Shown here piece by piece: positions 8,384-18,902 of a stretch of 64,000 nucleotides of DNA. Position numbers and translations under genes: made by a program. How positions within the stretch are numbered: the stretch's first letter is position 1; the number at the start of each line of letters is the position of its first letter. The stretch spans positions 162,086 through 226,085 of the forward strand of contig JAZKFH010000019.1 in NCBI GenBank assembly GCA_040386535.1, given 5' to 3'. Under the pieces are notes generated by a model, which did not search any database, had not been told where the DNA came from, and was given only the letters and a program-made list of their open reading frames with translations. This stretch comes from Myxococcota bacterium. Its GTDB lineage: Bacteria > Myxococcota_A > UBA796 > SXON01.

Positions 8384-10078
8384 ATGAGCCCCGCGCCTCC
8401 AACCCGTCGCTTTCGAGTCGCCTTGTCTTTTCCCGGCTATCATCGGCCCTACGTCGAACGGGTGGCACAAGGGCTCGCCGCGCGTTTTGGGCAGGAACGC
8501 ATCCTCTATGATCGATACCATACCGCGGAGTTCGCCAATCCTGACCTAGCGTTCGCCCTGCCTCAGCTTTACCGCGCGGAGGCCGACCTGACTGTCGTGA
8601 TGCTGAGCGGCCATTACCTCGCGCGGGAGTGGTGCGGGCTCGAGTGGCGCGCGATTTTCGCCAGTGGTGTCAAGGAGAGAAACCCAGAGCGACTCATGCT
8701 CTTCCGCGCGGATGACGTCGAGATTCCGGGCCTCCACGGGCTCGAGGGCTTTGTTCCGATGGACGTCTTTTCGCCAGAGGCGGCGGTGACGCTGATCCTT
8801 CAGCGCCTGGCAATCAACGATGGTGTTGCTCGCGACCAGTATCTGGCTTGGAGTCCATCTGGCGTCAAACCGACGGACGCCGCGGTGCTCGACCACTACG
8901 AGACGCTCATTTCAAACACGCGTCAGGCAGGCCGAGTTGAGGAAGCCTTCGATTTGTTCTGGGATGCGCTCGGCGGCTTCCCGCATCTTGGCCAAAAGTT
9001 GGGCGAATACGCTCGCGGCGTACGCATCCTAAACGGCTTCGCCTCGGCGTTGACCCCTGAGAGTGCGGGGGCCGGCCTTCCCCTGCGCCAACGAGCCCGA
9101 CTGGTGACGGCCTGGGGGCTGTTCAGGTGGTCCGTCGGGGATCTCTCAGGCGCACGCGCCTGCCATCTGTACGGGTCCGCGATCCGCGAAACTCTCGGTG
9201 AATCCGAAAACCAAGCGATCTGTTTACGGAATGCCGTCGTAGTTGAGATTGACCGAGGGGATTTGACCGCGGCCCGCGGCTTAGCCGTCCGGTCATTGGC
9301 CATTTCGGAAGGAGCTGAGGCAAGGAGCGGCCGTAAGGACTCAACGGCCTACCTCGCTACCATCAATGGTATCACTGGAAATGTAGCGGAGGCGATGACC
9401 CTCTTCGGTCGCGCTGCCAAACTCCAGGGTGGACCGCTTCAAGGCGCATGGGGTGTAAGGGAGGCCGACCTCATGCTCGCAACTGGTGACTCAGACGGTG
9501 CCCTCATGCGAACGAAAGGGAACCTTGATCACTGCCAAAAAAAGGACTGGGGCCGTGACGTCGCGTTGTGCCAGGATTTGCTCGGGCGAACGGACCCTGC
9601 GGCCGCTCAGCCCCAGCTTGACGCTTTGCGCGCTTGGGCCATCCGGTCAAGCGATGTGTGGATGGTGCTTGCCGCTCACCGCCTTGCCGCCCTACACGCG
9701 CTCGCCAACGGTGATCCGGGTGCGGCCCAGTATGAGGCGGACGTCGGTATTGCCATCGCCGATGCCCACGGATACGGCCTTCGCGCGATCGACCTCCGCG
9801 TTGTCGCCGCGCGTGCGTTGCTCGACTCAGGGCTTTCGAAGCGGGCGTTGACCTTCGCTCGTGAGGCGGTCGATGCCGCCACCGCGTCCGGGTGCGGCTA
9901 CGCTTGGGGGGAGGCAGAGGCCGAGCACCTTTGTGGGCTAGCACATGAAGCGCTCGAGGAACCGGAGCACGCTCATCCGAGGTTCGCGGCCGCTTCCGCA
10001 GTTCGCCATCGGATCGGACATCCCGGCGCAGGCGACTCAGACCAAGCAATCGCCCGGCTCCCGCCGCGCGAGGGTTAG
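8384..10078 (+). CDS. TIR domain + TPR-repeat protein
   Basis: FRVALSFPG..R.YVERVA, ILYD, VVMLSGHY..REWCGLEW (catalytic Glu position retained), then helical TPR-like repeats; no Walker A seen. Confidence 0.85.
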   Translation: MSPAPPTRRFRVALSFPGYHRPYVERVAQGLAARFGQERILYDRYHTAEFANPDLAFALPQLYRAEADLTVVMLSGHYLAREWCGLEWRAIFASGVKERNPERLMLFRADDVEIPGLHGLEGFVPMDVFSPEAAVTLILQRLAINDGVARDQYLAWSPSGVKPTDAAVLDHYETLISNTRQAGRVEEAFDLFWDALGGFPHLGQKLGEYARGVRILNGFASALTPESAGAGLPLRQRARLVTAWGLFRWSVGDLSGARACHLYGSAIRETLGESENQAICLRNAVVVEIDRGDLTAARGLAVRSLAISEGAEARSGRKDSTAYLATINGITGNVAEAMTLFGRAAKLQGGPLQGAWGVREADLMLATGDSDGALMRTKGNLDHCQKKDWGRDVALCQDLLGRTDPAAAQPQLDALRAWAIRSSDVWMVLAAHRLAALHALANGDPGAAQYEADVGIAIADAHGYGLRAIDLRVVAARALLDSGLSKRALTFAREAVDAATASGCGYAWGEAEAEHLCGLAHEALEEPEHAHPRFAAASAVRHRIGHPGAGDSDQAIARLPPREG

Positions 10079-10292
10079 CAAGACGGGGGGCTTCCCACTG
10101 GATGTCCTCCGCGGGTTCAGACGAGCACCCGCCGCGGCTTGGCAGGTAGGGAGGCTCGCGGGGGTCCAGCGGCCATTTGGCCGAGCTAACCCCTCGACGA
10201 GAGGCGCGGAGTACTCTCTTTCACAGCCCGCCCGGTCAGTTTGGCCGCCTCGGTAGGTACGGGCCCGTTCTCGCCTGGTCGGCTGCGTAACC

Positions 10293-12779
10293 TTAGGGTT
10301 TCCGACGCGTCTGTGAATACTCTTCCCGCTCCCGTCTCGCTTCCCGCATCGCCCGTTCGGCCTCGATGCTGGCGGTGCGCGCCTCCTGACGCCTCGCTTC
10401 CAACTCCTCGCGGGCAAGTTCGGCCTCGCCGCGCTCGCGCGCCGCCTCCAACGCGAGTCGATCATTCCTGACCTTCCGTTCCTCCTTCCTCCGCTCCGCC
10501 TCTGCCGCCCGCCGCTCTGCTTCGGCCTCCGCCGCTTCCTCCCCTCGAGTCTTGAGAGGCGGTGCGATAGGGTGCAACTCGGCCTCGACCCGTGCGAGGT
10601 CGGCGGGAGAGGCCCGCTCAAGGGGGTTGGTCGCCCGTGGCGGCGGATCTGCGAGAGCGGCAAGCTGCCGCGCTCGCCGTTGCAGCCGTTCCGCGGACTG
10701 CACCAACGGGAGCAAGGGGATGCTCACGCTCAGTCGAGTGAGAGCGCGGGCTGCGCCTTTGACAGGGCCAGCCAGGAGCGCGCGCGGATCCACCACCCAC
10801 TCGCCCCCAAACACGCGGCCGTACAGCCATCCGGACACCGCACGGGCCATCGTGAACGGCGGCGCCGGGGCAACGCAGTCCGTCAGACGCTCACACTGAC
10901 CGCCTGATGCACGAACCGCCTCCTCGACAGCATGCAGCGGCGATGTAGAATCTGGTGGATCGATCAGGGTACCTTGGGCCATGAGGCCAAGTTGCGTCGA
11001 GCGGAACGAGGTGGTGAGCCAATCATTCTCGAGCTCAATCGCAGCACTCGCAGCGACGTAAACCGAAGCGCGAGCCAAGTTCTCCTGCGTTGGCTGCGTC
11101 CGGCCGCACCGCAGTTGGTCGAGAAGATCTGCCATTTTAGGGAGATGCGTATTCCACCAAGCGATGTTTTTCCCAAGGTTTAGCGCCTTTGCAACACGCG
11201 GATCGTTCCGGACGGACTGATCCCGCGCCTGCAATACAGCCCATTCCTTCCGCAGGTGCCAGACCAGAAAGATGACGAAGGCGCACGCTAACGCGCCCAC
11301 ACTAAAGCCAACACCTACCTCTCGATCGAGAGGCGCTCCGCCGAGCATTTCGTAAAGATAGGCACCGACGACCAATAAATCGGAGCCGAAACCAAGAACA
11401 GACATCAACGCGGAGACTATGCACAAGGTGCAAGTCCCGATCCAGTATACCCAGCGCATTCCGGGGAGGAACAGGAAGCGCGCATCGTTATCACGCGCGA
11501 CCGCATAGGCAGTTTCAACCGAGGCGCTGAGTTGCAGTCTGAACAGCACAGGTAGCGCCTTCGCGGTGGCGGAGCGAGCATCCTCCTGCGCGCGCAAAGC
11601 CGCCTCGGCGAGTCGCGCCTCCTCGACAAGGCGCTGTTGGCGAGCTGCCTCGGCACGCCGCGCCGCCGCGGCAAGCCTGGCCTCTTCCTCGTGCCGGGCC
11701 GCCTCCTCCGCAAGACGTGCTTCCTCCACGCGGCGTGCCGCCTCGGCACGCTGCGCCTCCTCCGCAAGACGTGCTTCCTCCACGCGGCGTGCCGCCTCGG
11801 CACGCCGCGCCTCCTCCACGAGCCGTGCCTCCTCCACCCGCTGGGCCGCCTGGGCGAGCCGTGCCTCTTCCGCCCGCCGGGAAGAACGCTCGCGGCGGAC
11901 GCGCTCAGGTAGATGAGCTTCCTCCTTTATGATCTCTTGGAGAAGCCTTTCCTCTTCGATTCGTTCATAGCGCGTTGGATCGTAGACGTGCGTCCTCGCA
12001 TACAGGGGGAAAATGGGGGCTCGGTAAGGGACGTTTCGTTGGGGGCCGGGCCCGGGAAGAGTCTGACCTGGCACAGCTTCCGCGAGGCGTCTCGCGTACT
12101 CGACGGTTTCCGCCCGAATGCGCTCATCAGCGGCCAGATTGGCAGCCGCATTGGCAGCCGCAACGTCGCGTTTCCACACGGTGTCTGCCGCGGACAAGGT
12201 TGACACGAATCGCTCGAAGAAGAGGGGTCCTAACAAATCGACGTACACCGCCGCGGAGTGCTCTGCGCCGCGGGACGATGTGTTCCCTCGACTTGATAGA
12301 ATCACGTCCGATTCTCTTATGGCTTCCGAAAATAGAGTTGCGAAAACGCGCACATCCTCGGGAAAGCGAGATTCATGGATACAGGTATCCAGCAGCAGGA
12401 CGGGCATATGGTATAAGGCCTCGAAGGGCAGCAGGACAAGCCCGTCCAAGGGTTCGCGCGGTCCACGCGCGTGTCTCCTCCGCAGCGCCACGCCCATTTC
12501 GTTCAGCCCGGCTGACGCCTTCTCGAAGTCACCGTCGTTGCCCAAGCGCCTCAAGCGTTTCCTCAGCTCCTGATCGAGGATACCCCGTTCTTTCGGGGCG
12601 CGTCCAGGCGTGAGCGCGCGCGAGGCCGGAAGCCCCCCATGCACTCCTCTAAGAAACCCTCGGGGCTGCCTAAGACGGAACGGCTCGTCTCTCTCGGCCA
12701 CGGGGTACTCCAGCACGCCGACGGCCGGAGGGGGGAGCGCTGTAGGCCGCAGACCGAGCCGGGGCAAGACCCCGAGCAT
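10293..12779 (-). CDS. Large membrane protein with EEARRAEAA coiled-coil repeats, function unknown (start uncertain)
   Basis: 828-aa ORF; two hydrophobic segments; E/A/R-rich repeats mid-protein and at the C-terminus. Confidence 0.65.
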   Translation of the reverse strand: MLGVLPRLGLRPTALPPPAVGVLEYPVAERDEPFRLRQPRGFLRGVHGGLPASRALTPGRAPKERGILDQELRKRLRRLGNDGDFEKASAGLNEMGVALRRRHARGPREPLDGLVLLPFEALYHMPVLLLDTCIHESRFPEDVRVFATLFSEAIRESDVILSSRGNTSSRGAEHSAAVYVDLLGPLFFERFVSTLSAADTVWKRDVAAANAAANLAADERIRAETVEYARRLAEAVPGQTLPGPGPQRNVPYRAPIFPLYARTHVYDPTRYERIEEERLLQEIIKEEAHLPERVRRERSSRRAEEARLAQAAQRVEEARLVEEARRAEAARRVEEARLAEEAQRAEAARRVEEARLAEEAARHEEEARLAAAARRAEAARQQRLVEEARLAEAALRAQEDARSATAKALPVLFRLQLSASVETAYAVARDNDARFLFLPGMRWVYWIGTCTLCIVSALMSVLGFGSDLLVVGAYLYEMLGGAPLDREVGVGFSVGALACAFVIFLVWHLRKEWAVLQARDQSVRNDPRVAKALNLGKNIAWWNTHLPKMADLLDQLRCGRTQPTQENLARASVYVAASAAIELENDWLTTSFRSTQLGLMAQGTLIDPPDSTSPLHAVEEAVRASGGQCERLTDCVAPAPPFTMARAVSGWLYGRVFGGEWVVDPRALLAGPVKGAARALTRLSVSIPLLPLVQSAERLQRRARQLAALADPPPRATNPLERASPADLARVEAELHPIAPPLKTRGEEAAEAEAERRAAEAERRKEERKVRNDRLALEAARERGEAELAREELEARRQEARTASIEAERAMREARREREEYSQTRRKP
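11701..11805. repeat. 54-bp coding tandem repeat (2 exact-core copies plus degenerate flanks)
   Basis: gcctcctccgcaagacgtgcttcctccacgcggcgtgccgcctcggcacgc at 11701 and 11755. Confidence 0.85.
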
Positions 12780-13042
12780 CCGGCATGTTCCTTGCTTCCA
12801 TCAACATTCATGAGCACCTCTCACCGCAGAACCTCCTCTTTCCCGGCCCGCCCTGACGGACGTCTGACGAACGTCGTCGGACCGCCGTCACCTCAAGAAG
12901 CGTACCAGGCGCCGCTCCTCGATCTCCTCGCCGACCAACTCACCCCCGAGCAGCTCGCGCGCGCCGCCGCGCTGGACCCCGAGAGCCTGATCGCGTTCGC
13001 GACCGGCGCGTCGCCCTTTTCGCTAAGGAGGCGCCGCGCGGT

Positions 13043-13180
13043 GCCGCCCCCGTTGCGCCGCGCGTCGGCGCCGCTCTACCGGGATCGGGACGAACTGTGC
13101 CCGTACCGTCGGTCGTAGCGGCGGGCTCGCCGGCGCTACGCGCGCCCGTGTTCTGCGCGCCGGGGCTCGTTGTGCGCGAA
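13043..13180 (+). repeat. Copy 1 of a bipartite intergenic repeat (copy 2 at 18903-18985)
   Basis: Block A gccgcccccgttgcg.cgcgcgtcgg..ccgctctacc plus exact 19-mer ggggctcgttgtgcgcgaa (13162-13180). Confidence 0.75.
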
Positions 13181-13311
13181 ATGGCTCACCGTCACGGACC
13201 GCGACGAGGCCTGGCGGACCGCGCTGGCAGCGGGAACCTCGAGACGACCCCAAGCAGCCGCTCGGCGCCGCCACGCTGGACCGCGAGAGCGAGGGGGAGG
13301 GTCACCAGGCT

Positions 13312-14949
13312 TCAGATCCCCGTGTCCCACAACGTGTCATCTTCCCAATCCAGCTCGAAGCCGGGCACGAGCATCAGCCTGCGTGCCTCCTCGTGAACGT
13401 CGTAGAGATCCTCGTACCGGTGAAACGCGATGTCGTCCCGGCCGTCGCCCGTCACGTCAGCGCAGTTGCTGTGGGTGACGTTACCCACGTTCCCTTCGAT
13501 ACGGACCGATCGGGTCGGAAGGATCGTGCCACGCGGAGGAATCGTTCCCGGGAGTTGGAAGATCTCCAGGCCGCCCACACCCGCCTCGGAGTCAAGCCCG
13601 AACACGCTGGTTCCGCCGTCCCCGAACGCGTTGCAGGGGCGGACGGCCCCGCCGTACACTTCGTCATCGAGCCGGCGATAGCCGCCCAGGGCATCCGCCA
13701 CACCGAACATGCCCGCTACGCCGGGTTGAAAGAAGAGCATCTCCCAGGTCTCGTCCCGATGTGTGGCCCCGGAGTACACCAGCTCGTCTACCCCGTCCCC
13801 GTCGAGGTCCGGCAGGCGCCCCCAGAAGTAGGGCTGCATCCCGTCGCCGTACTCGAGCTCGGCCCGGACATCCGCCCTGCCCTCCGCGAGCGCCGCGCCG
13901 TCGAGGATCGACCGGTCGCCGATCACCTCCGGATGGCCGTCGCCATCGAGGTCGCCGGGCCCGTACAGGTCCGCCAACCACCCGGCGCCCAACCACGCAG
14001 AACCGCCGTCCCCGTAGAACACGTAGGTCCCGCCCCCCTCCTTCGCGTACACCAGCGTCAGCGCGTCGTTCAGCCCATCCCCGTCGAAGTCCGCGAACAC
14101 GTTCTCGTGGTGGCACGAGCTGTAGATGTCCGGGCATTCCTCCCGCCACCACGCGTCGGGAGCCTCCGCGTCCAGCACCCGACCGTCATCCGCGATCGGC
14201 CCGTAGAACAACGCGATACCGAACGGCGTCTGATTGTAGGCGATCGCCAGGTCGTTGTACCCGTCCCCGTTCACGTCCCCCGCGTCGAGGGGACCGGTGT
14301 TCGCGCCGCTCCCCTCGTACCACGACGCAAACGTCGAGTCAGGAAACACCCCGGCGCGTGCGGGAAACGGGTCGGTCGCCCGCCACACCACGGTTCCGGG
14401 AAGCCAGTATTGGTTCTGGCTCACCAGATCCGCCACGCCGTCTCCCGTAAGGTCGGAGATCAGGCCCATGTGACCCCACGAATACCGCGAGATGTCCCGC
14501 CCCAGGAGCTGGACATCCTGCATCTGCGCGCACACACCCGCGGGGAGCGGGTCCCCGTCACAGTCGTGGTCCACCGAATCACACTGTTCGGCCGCGCCCG
14601 GGTACACCGTCCGCATCGTGTCGTCGCAGTCATCCCCCCCGCGCGCGGTCGCCGCGTGGCCGTCCCCGTCCTGATCGTCGTCGTCGTCCCCCAGACAGTC
14701 CGCGTCCACCCCGTCGTACCAGGTCTCCTCGGCCTCCGGGTGAACCGCCGCGTTCTCGTCGTCGCAGTCGGTCCCGACGGGCCAGCCGTCCCCGTCCGCG
14801 TCCGCCGGCGGCATGTCGGTGTCGGTGTCGGTGTCAGAATCCGCGTCGGTGTCGGTGTCAGAATCCGCGTCAGTGTCGGTGTCCGTCTCCGACGGCGTCG
14901 AGTCGCCTTCGTCGGGGCCAGCACACGCGAGGAGGAGGAGGAGAGTCAC
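13312..14949 (-). CDS. Lipoprotein with DTDADSD linker, Cys/Asp putative metal-binding (PF11617-like) motifs and FG-GAP repeats
   Basis: GTG start overlapping the upstream TGA; LLLLLA-C lipobox; DADGDGW..DCDD..AVHP.A.E; DLTGDG, GDVNGDG, DFDGDG and DLDGDG motifs. Confidence 0.85.
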   Translation of the reverse strand: MTLLLLLACAGPDEGDSTPSETDTDTDADSDTDTDADSDTDTDTDMPPADADGDGWPVGTDCDDENAAVHPEAEETWYDGVDADCLGDDDDDQDGDGHAATARGGDDCDDTMRTVYPGAAEQCDSVDHDCDGDPLPAGVCAQMQDVQLLGRDISRYSWGHMGLISDLTGDGVADLVSQNQYWLPGTVVWRATDPFPARAGVFPDSTFASWYEGSGANTGPLDAGDVNGDGYNDLAIAYNQTPFGIALFYGPIADDGRVLDAEAPDAWWREECPDIYSSCHHENVFADFDGDGLNDALTLVYAKEGGGTYVFYGDGGSAWLGAGWLADLYGPGDLDGDGHPEVIGDRSILDGAALAEGRADVRAELEYGDGMQPYFWGRLPDLDGDGVDELVYSGATHRDETWEMLFFQPGVAGMFGVADALGGYRRLDDEVYGGAVRPCNAFGDGGTSVFGLDSEAGVGGLEIFQLPGTIPPRGTILPTRSVRIEGNVGNVTHSNCADVTGDGRDDIAFHRYEDLYDVHEEARRLMLVPGFELDWEDDTLWDTGI

Positions 14950-17900
14950 CACGAGAGCTCGACGTCGTACGGCCCCGCGGCGGCGACGTAGATGTGGTTG
15001 AACAGTGGCACCGGGCCCACAGCCGGCACGCTCCCCACTCCCCAGGCGGCGGCCAGGATCGAGTGATTCGGCAGCTCGTCGGGCACGACCACGCTCAAGT
15101 GGAAGGAGGACGGGCCGTCCATCCCGAAGTCGGCCGCCCAGCTCCACTGCTCCAGCAGGTAGACTCCGCCCGGCGCGCACGAGTCGCAGTTGGCTTTCCG
15201 CGATCCTCCTACGGCGTAGAGGCCGGCGATGGTCGGGTGTGGGGTGACCGCTCGGATGGAGAGCGGGAGTTCGCTCGCGGGGACTGCTGTGATGTAGCGG
15301 ACCGGCTCGCGGGTGACCGGGTCGAGCGTGATCCTGCAAATCCCTCCGAGGACCTCGCTACCGTCTCCTCCGAAGACGAGCAGGTAGTCTCCGTCCGGAG
15401 AGGCGGTGATCCCGCCGTAGTAATCTGGGCTGAGCCTCGTGGTGCCCCCGAAGGGGAACTCCGGGCCGCAGACGGGGTCGCCTCCGAAGGGAAGCGGCAC
15501 CTTTTCCCACACCTCGGACGTGACGCCAGCCGTGCGATCGTACTCGAAGGTCACCGCATACAGCCCGCAATCCGTCGAACCTACGTACGCGCGCACGTCG
15601 CTGGTTGTGGTGTCGGGGTGGACGGCCATCGTCACCTTGGTGTTGGTGAAGAATAGATCCTCCGTGCAGTCTATGGTTACTTCTTCTTCGTTTACTACTA
15701 CCGTTTGGGTGAAGAACTCGGTCGGGGTGAAGGGCACCTGGGCGTAGATCAATCCACCGGCGCCCGTGTCCTCGACGATCCACAGACCCGCGCCGATGCC
15801 CGGATCGGTGCAGCGGGTCTTGTCAGGACCTCCGCCATCGGTGTCGTAGTGCCACTCTCCGCACGCCGGGGTGGCGGTCATCAGGGCGAAGTTCGGGCCG
15901 AGCGGTACGATCTCCTCCACGGAGCCCACCTCGTTCATCCCCATGACGGCGCCCTCGTCTAACGCGGCTGAGTTGTCGTTGCACGGCGCCCACATGTCCT
16001 GCCCCGGGTCCTCGTGTCCGCTATCCTGGCACTTTATGGACCAGCCGCCGGTAATCGCTTGGTTGATGAAGTTCCCCCGCCCCGCGACTGCGTTCCCGTC
16101 CCAGCACCAGTCCGTCCCCGCCTCGTCCGCGTCCCCGTAGTGGAGCAGCATGCGCGTGGCGCTGATGGAGTCGTTTGTGGTCTGGCCACGCAGACCGTAC
16201 CAGACCTCGTAGTCCCCGCCGTACGCGGAATTCCAGACGCCTACCGCGTCGCCCCCGGTGCCGAGGACCGTTACGTTGCACGGGCGGTCGCCAGCAAATC
16301 GGTCGTTCCCGTCGGAAATGTCGTCGCCCCAGAGCCGCGCCATCGTGATGTCACCTACTCCGGCGTACACATGATCGGTCCAATCGAGGCGTAACGTGCT
16401 CCACTGGGCCGGCGCGACCGCCAGGTTGGACATGCTGGTGTCCTGAAACGTGTCCTCCGTTTCGGAATCGAGCCACGCCTGGTTGAACGGCAGATCGTCC
16501 AGGAGCCCGGAGGGGGAGTCCCATCCGGCGAGGCCGCCCGTAGAGGACTGCGGGATCCACCAGTGGAAGACCCCCGCCACCAGCAGGCGCACGCTGTTCC
16601 CGGTGTCGTAGAACAGCAGGTCGTGCGGCCCTGCGCCCGCGTAGACCTCGAGCAGCGGCTCGGCCCGGAGGAAGGACCCATTCACATCGACCTGGGCGCG
16701 GCGCGCCCGCGCCCCGTCCTGGTTGTAGAGATCGTCCCGCGTCCTGGCGTCGAGGAGCGGCTCCCAGCCGAGCACATCGTCCGGGTCCAGAGGGCCCTCG
16801 GGCAGCGGCGTGCGGAAGTGCTCGATGCACGCGAGGTCGCGCCTCTCCGCCCCCTGTTGGTACGACGCGAACATCCACTCCGCGTCTGGATCGATCGCCA
16901 GCGTGAGGATCTGATTGTTCACGCTGCCCAGCGTCCCCGGGGGGATTAGCTCCCCGATCATCTCCGAGTCGGCGTGTTGCGGGCACTGGTACTCCGCCGT
17001 GGGGTCTCCAGTCCAGGTCGGCCCCTCGCCGGCCGCATGGAGGACCTGGGTGTCCGTGTCCCACATGTCGGAGACGATCGAAATGGCGTCTGCACCGCCA
17101 TTTTCGTCGAAGTCATCACCCCACACGTCCACCGCGCGCACCGTCGAGTGCTCATAGGCGCACTCGGGACACACGCAGCTAAGCTGGGGGTCCGCAGCGT
17201 CGCAGGCGCAGGGTTCGAAGACCTCTCTGACGCCCCCGTCGGCGACGAAGAACTGACCGTACACCGACGGATTCGGCTCGATGTCGCGGATGTCCATGGT
17301 CGTAGCTTCTCCGTCTACGGCCACACATTCGTAGTCCCCGTCGCAGCCCTGAAACGAGTCCACCGGCTCGCACACCCACAGGCCCTCCTCCGCCCACCCG
17401 GAGCGAACCCCGAAGCCGACGACAAACACGTACACGCCGTCCGAAACCTCGACGAACTCCGCGGCGCGCGGGAGCGCGTCCGGTAGCTGGTCGGCGTAGG
17501 GCCGACAGGCCTCCGGGTTGGCCTCCAGCGCGTTGTCCACCCACCAGACCCCTCGCATGTCCTCGTTCTGGCTCAGGACGTACACGTCATCCTCATACCC
17601 TGCGCTCGCGCCACCGGGGTCCGCCAAGAGAAGCTTGCCGGAGGTGTAGTCACGGACAGACCCCCCGCCGCACTCGTCGAAGTGCTTGCTGGCGCCCAGG
17701 GGCGCCGGAAAGGTCAACATTTCCAACATTTCCAACGTCACCGTCGGGATGATCTCCGTCCATTCCTCGCCAAAATCGTCGCTCCACCAGAGCCCGCCCC
17801 CGGAGGCATCCTCCTTGTAGCCCGTGAGCGCAAGGATGTGCGTTTCGTCGCCTGGGCCCATGTACTGGACCTCGATCGCATCCCACACGCCATAACCGCC

Positions 17901-18686
17901 CGCGTCCTTGAAGTTGTTGCGGTCGCCATTACCTTCCGTCCAGTCGGTCCCGTCGGTGGACCACGCGAAGCCGCCGACGTCGCTACCGCTGAAGAGGTAC
18001 TCCTGGTACTGCGACGCGCGGAGGAAGGTCTGGCGGCCGGCGTTCGGCAGCTTCATCGCCCGGACGGCCCCGCCGACCTCGGTCACCGGCGCGAACGCAG
18101 ATGGGCCGTTGCCCACCGTCATCCACTCGACCGTAGCCTTGGCGCCGAGGGGACCGAGGCACCCGAACTCGAGGTTCTGCACCACGTCACCCGGATCGAC
18201 GCCCGGGAAGGGGAGCGCGTTCATCCCGGGCTGGAGGGTGAGCTTGACGGCGTTGGCCATGCCGGTGGAGCGCACCTTCACCCCGCAGGTCAACCCCTGG
18301 TCGATCTGGCCCACGTCAACGTGCAGCCAGAGCTGGCCCCCCTCCCACACGGGCTGAACGGCAAGGTTGGCCCGGCTCGCATTCTGACCCGCCCCCCGGA
18401 GTTCGAGCACCCCATCCTCGATCTCGCCGTTCTGCACGATCCATTCGTTCGTCCGGTCGGCGCCGAAGTCGGTGGCGTAGTCACGCCGGACCAGCTGCTT
18501 GCCGTCACAGTCGTCGTCGTCCCCGTCGAGCGGCTCCTCGGCGGCCGCCGGATGCACGGCGGGATCGAAGTCGTCGCAATCGGGGTGAAGCCCGACGTTG
18601 GGCCAACCATCGGCATCGGCATCGGCGGCGGACGCAGGCGATATCACGACGGGGAAGATGAGCGAGATCGCGGAAAGCAGAGTCAT
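14946..18686 (-). CDS. Large secreted acidic protein (PF11617-like motif plus BNR/beta-propeller-like region)
   Basis: Signal peptide; DADADGW..DCDDFDPAVHPAA; WSTDGTDW and WSDDFGEEW Asp-boxes; GAGGGAG RBS before ATG 18686. Confidence 0.8.
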   Translation of the reverse strand: MTLLSAISLIFPVVISPASAADADADGWPNVGLHPDCDDFDPAVHPAAAEEPLDGDDDDCDGKQLVRRDYATDFGADRTNEWIVQNGEIEDGVLELRGAGQNASRANLAVQPVWEGGQLWLHVDVGQIDQGLTCGVKVRSTGMANAVKLTLQPGMNALPFPGVDPGDVVQNLEFGCLGPLGAKATVEWMTVGNGPSAFAPVTEVGGAVRAMKLPNAGRQTFLRASQYQEYLFSGSDVGGFAWSTDGTDWTEGNGDRNNFKDAGGYGVWDAIEVQYMGPGDETHILALTGYKEDASGGGLWWSDDFGEEWTEIIPTVTLEMLEMLTFPAPLGASKHFDECGGGSVRDYTSGKLLLADPGGASAGYEDDVYVLSQNEDMRGVWWVDNALEANPEACRPYADQLPDALPRAAEFVEVSDGVYVFVVGFGVRSGWAEEGLWVCEPVDSFQGCDGDYECVAVDGEATTMDIRDIEPNPSVYGQFFVADGGVREVFEPCACDAADPQLSCVCPECAYEHSTVRAVDVWGDDFDENGGADAISIVSDMWDTDTQVLHAAGEGPTWTGDPTAEYQCPQHADSEMIGELIPPGTLGSVNNQILTLAIDPDAEWMFASYQQGAERRDLACIEHFRTPLPEGPLDPDDVLGWEPLLDARTRDDLYNQDGARARRAQVDVNGSFLRAEPLLEVYAGAGPHDLLFYDTGNSVRLLVAGVFHWWIPQSSTGGLAGWDSPSGLLDDLPFNQAWLDSETEDTFQDTSMSNLAVAPAQWSTLRLDWTDHVYAGVGDITMARLWGDDISDGNDRFAGDRPCNVTVLGTGGDAVGVWNSAYGGDYEVWYGLRGQTTNDSISATRMLLHYGDADEAGTDWCWDGNAVAGRGNFINQAITGGWSIKCQDSGHEDPGQDMWAPCNDNSAALDEGAVMGMNEVGSVEEIVPLGPNFALMTATPACGEWHYDTDGGGPDKTRCTDPGIGAGLWIVEDTGAGGLIYAQVPFTPTEFFTQTVVVNEEEVTIDCTEDLFFTNTKVTMAVHPDTTTSDVRAYVGSTDCGLYAVTFEYDRTAGVTSEVWEKVPLPFGGDPVCGPEFPFGGTTRLSPDYYGGITASPDGDYLLVFGGDGSEVLGGICRITLDPVTREPVRYITAVPASELPLSIRAVTPHPTIAGLYAVGGSRKANCDSCAPGGVYLLEQWSWAADFGMDGPSSFHLSVVVPDELPNHSILAAAWGVGSVPAVGPVPLFNHIYVAAAGPYDVELSW

Positions 18687-18902
18687 ATGCTCCCTCTGGG
18701 CAGGCAAGGGGCAGCAAGAGCGTCGCGCTGCACCGTTCGGGGAGCCTACGACACTCGCGACGCTCGCGCAAGAGGTTCCTCATCGCGAGCGGCGGGGCCT
18801 TCGGCGTCGCCGGGAGCCTCCGCGCGTCTCGCCCCCGGTCCGGCCCCCCGTCCGCCTGCGTCACGATGCGGCCCCCGCTTCCCCTGCGGCCGCGCCGCTC
18901 GG

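Noticed and set aside
8384..10078. Thoeris, CBASS or Avs system
   Set aside because: No ThsA-type effector, cyclase or STAND NTPase recognised nearby
12810..13118. Small HTH-like ORF (LTPEQLARAAALDPESL)
   Set aside because: Weak similarity, no clear start, and it runs into the intergenic repeat; may be a remnant
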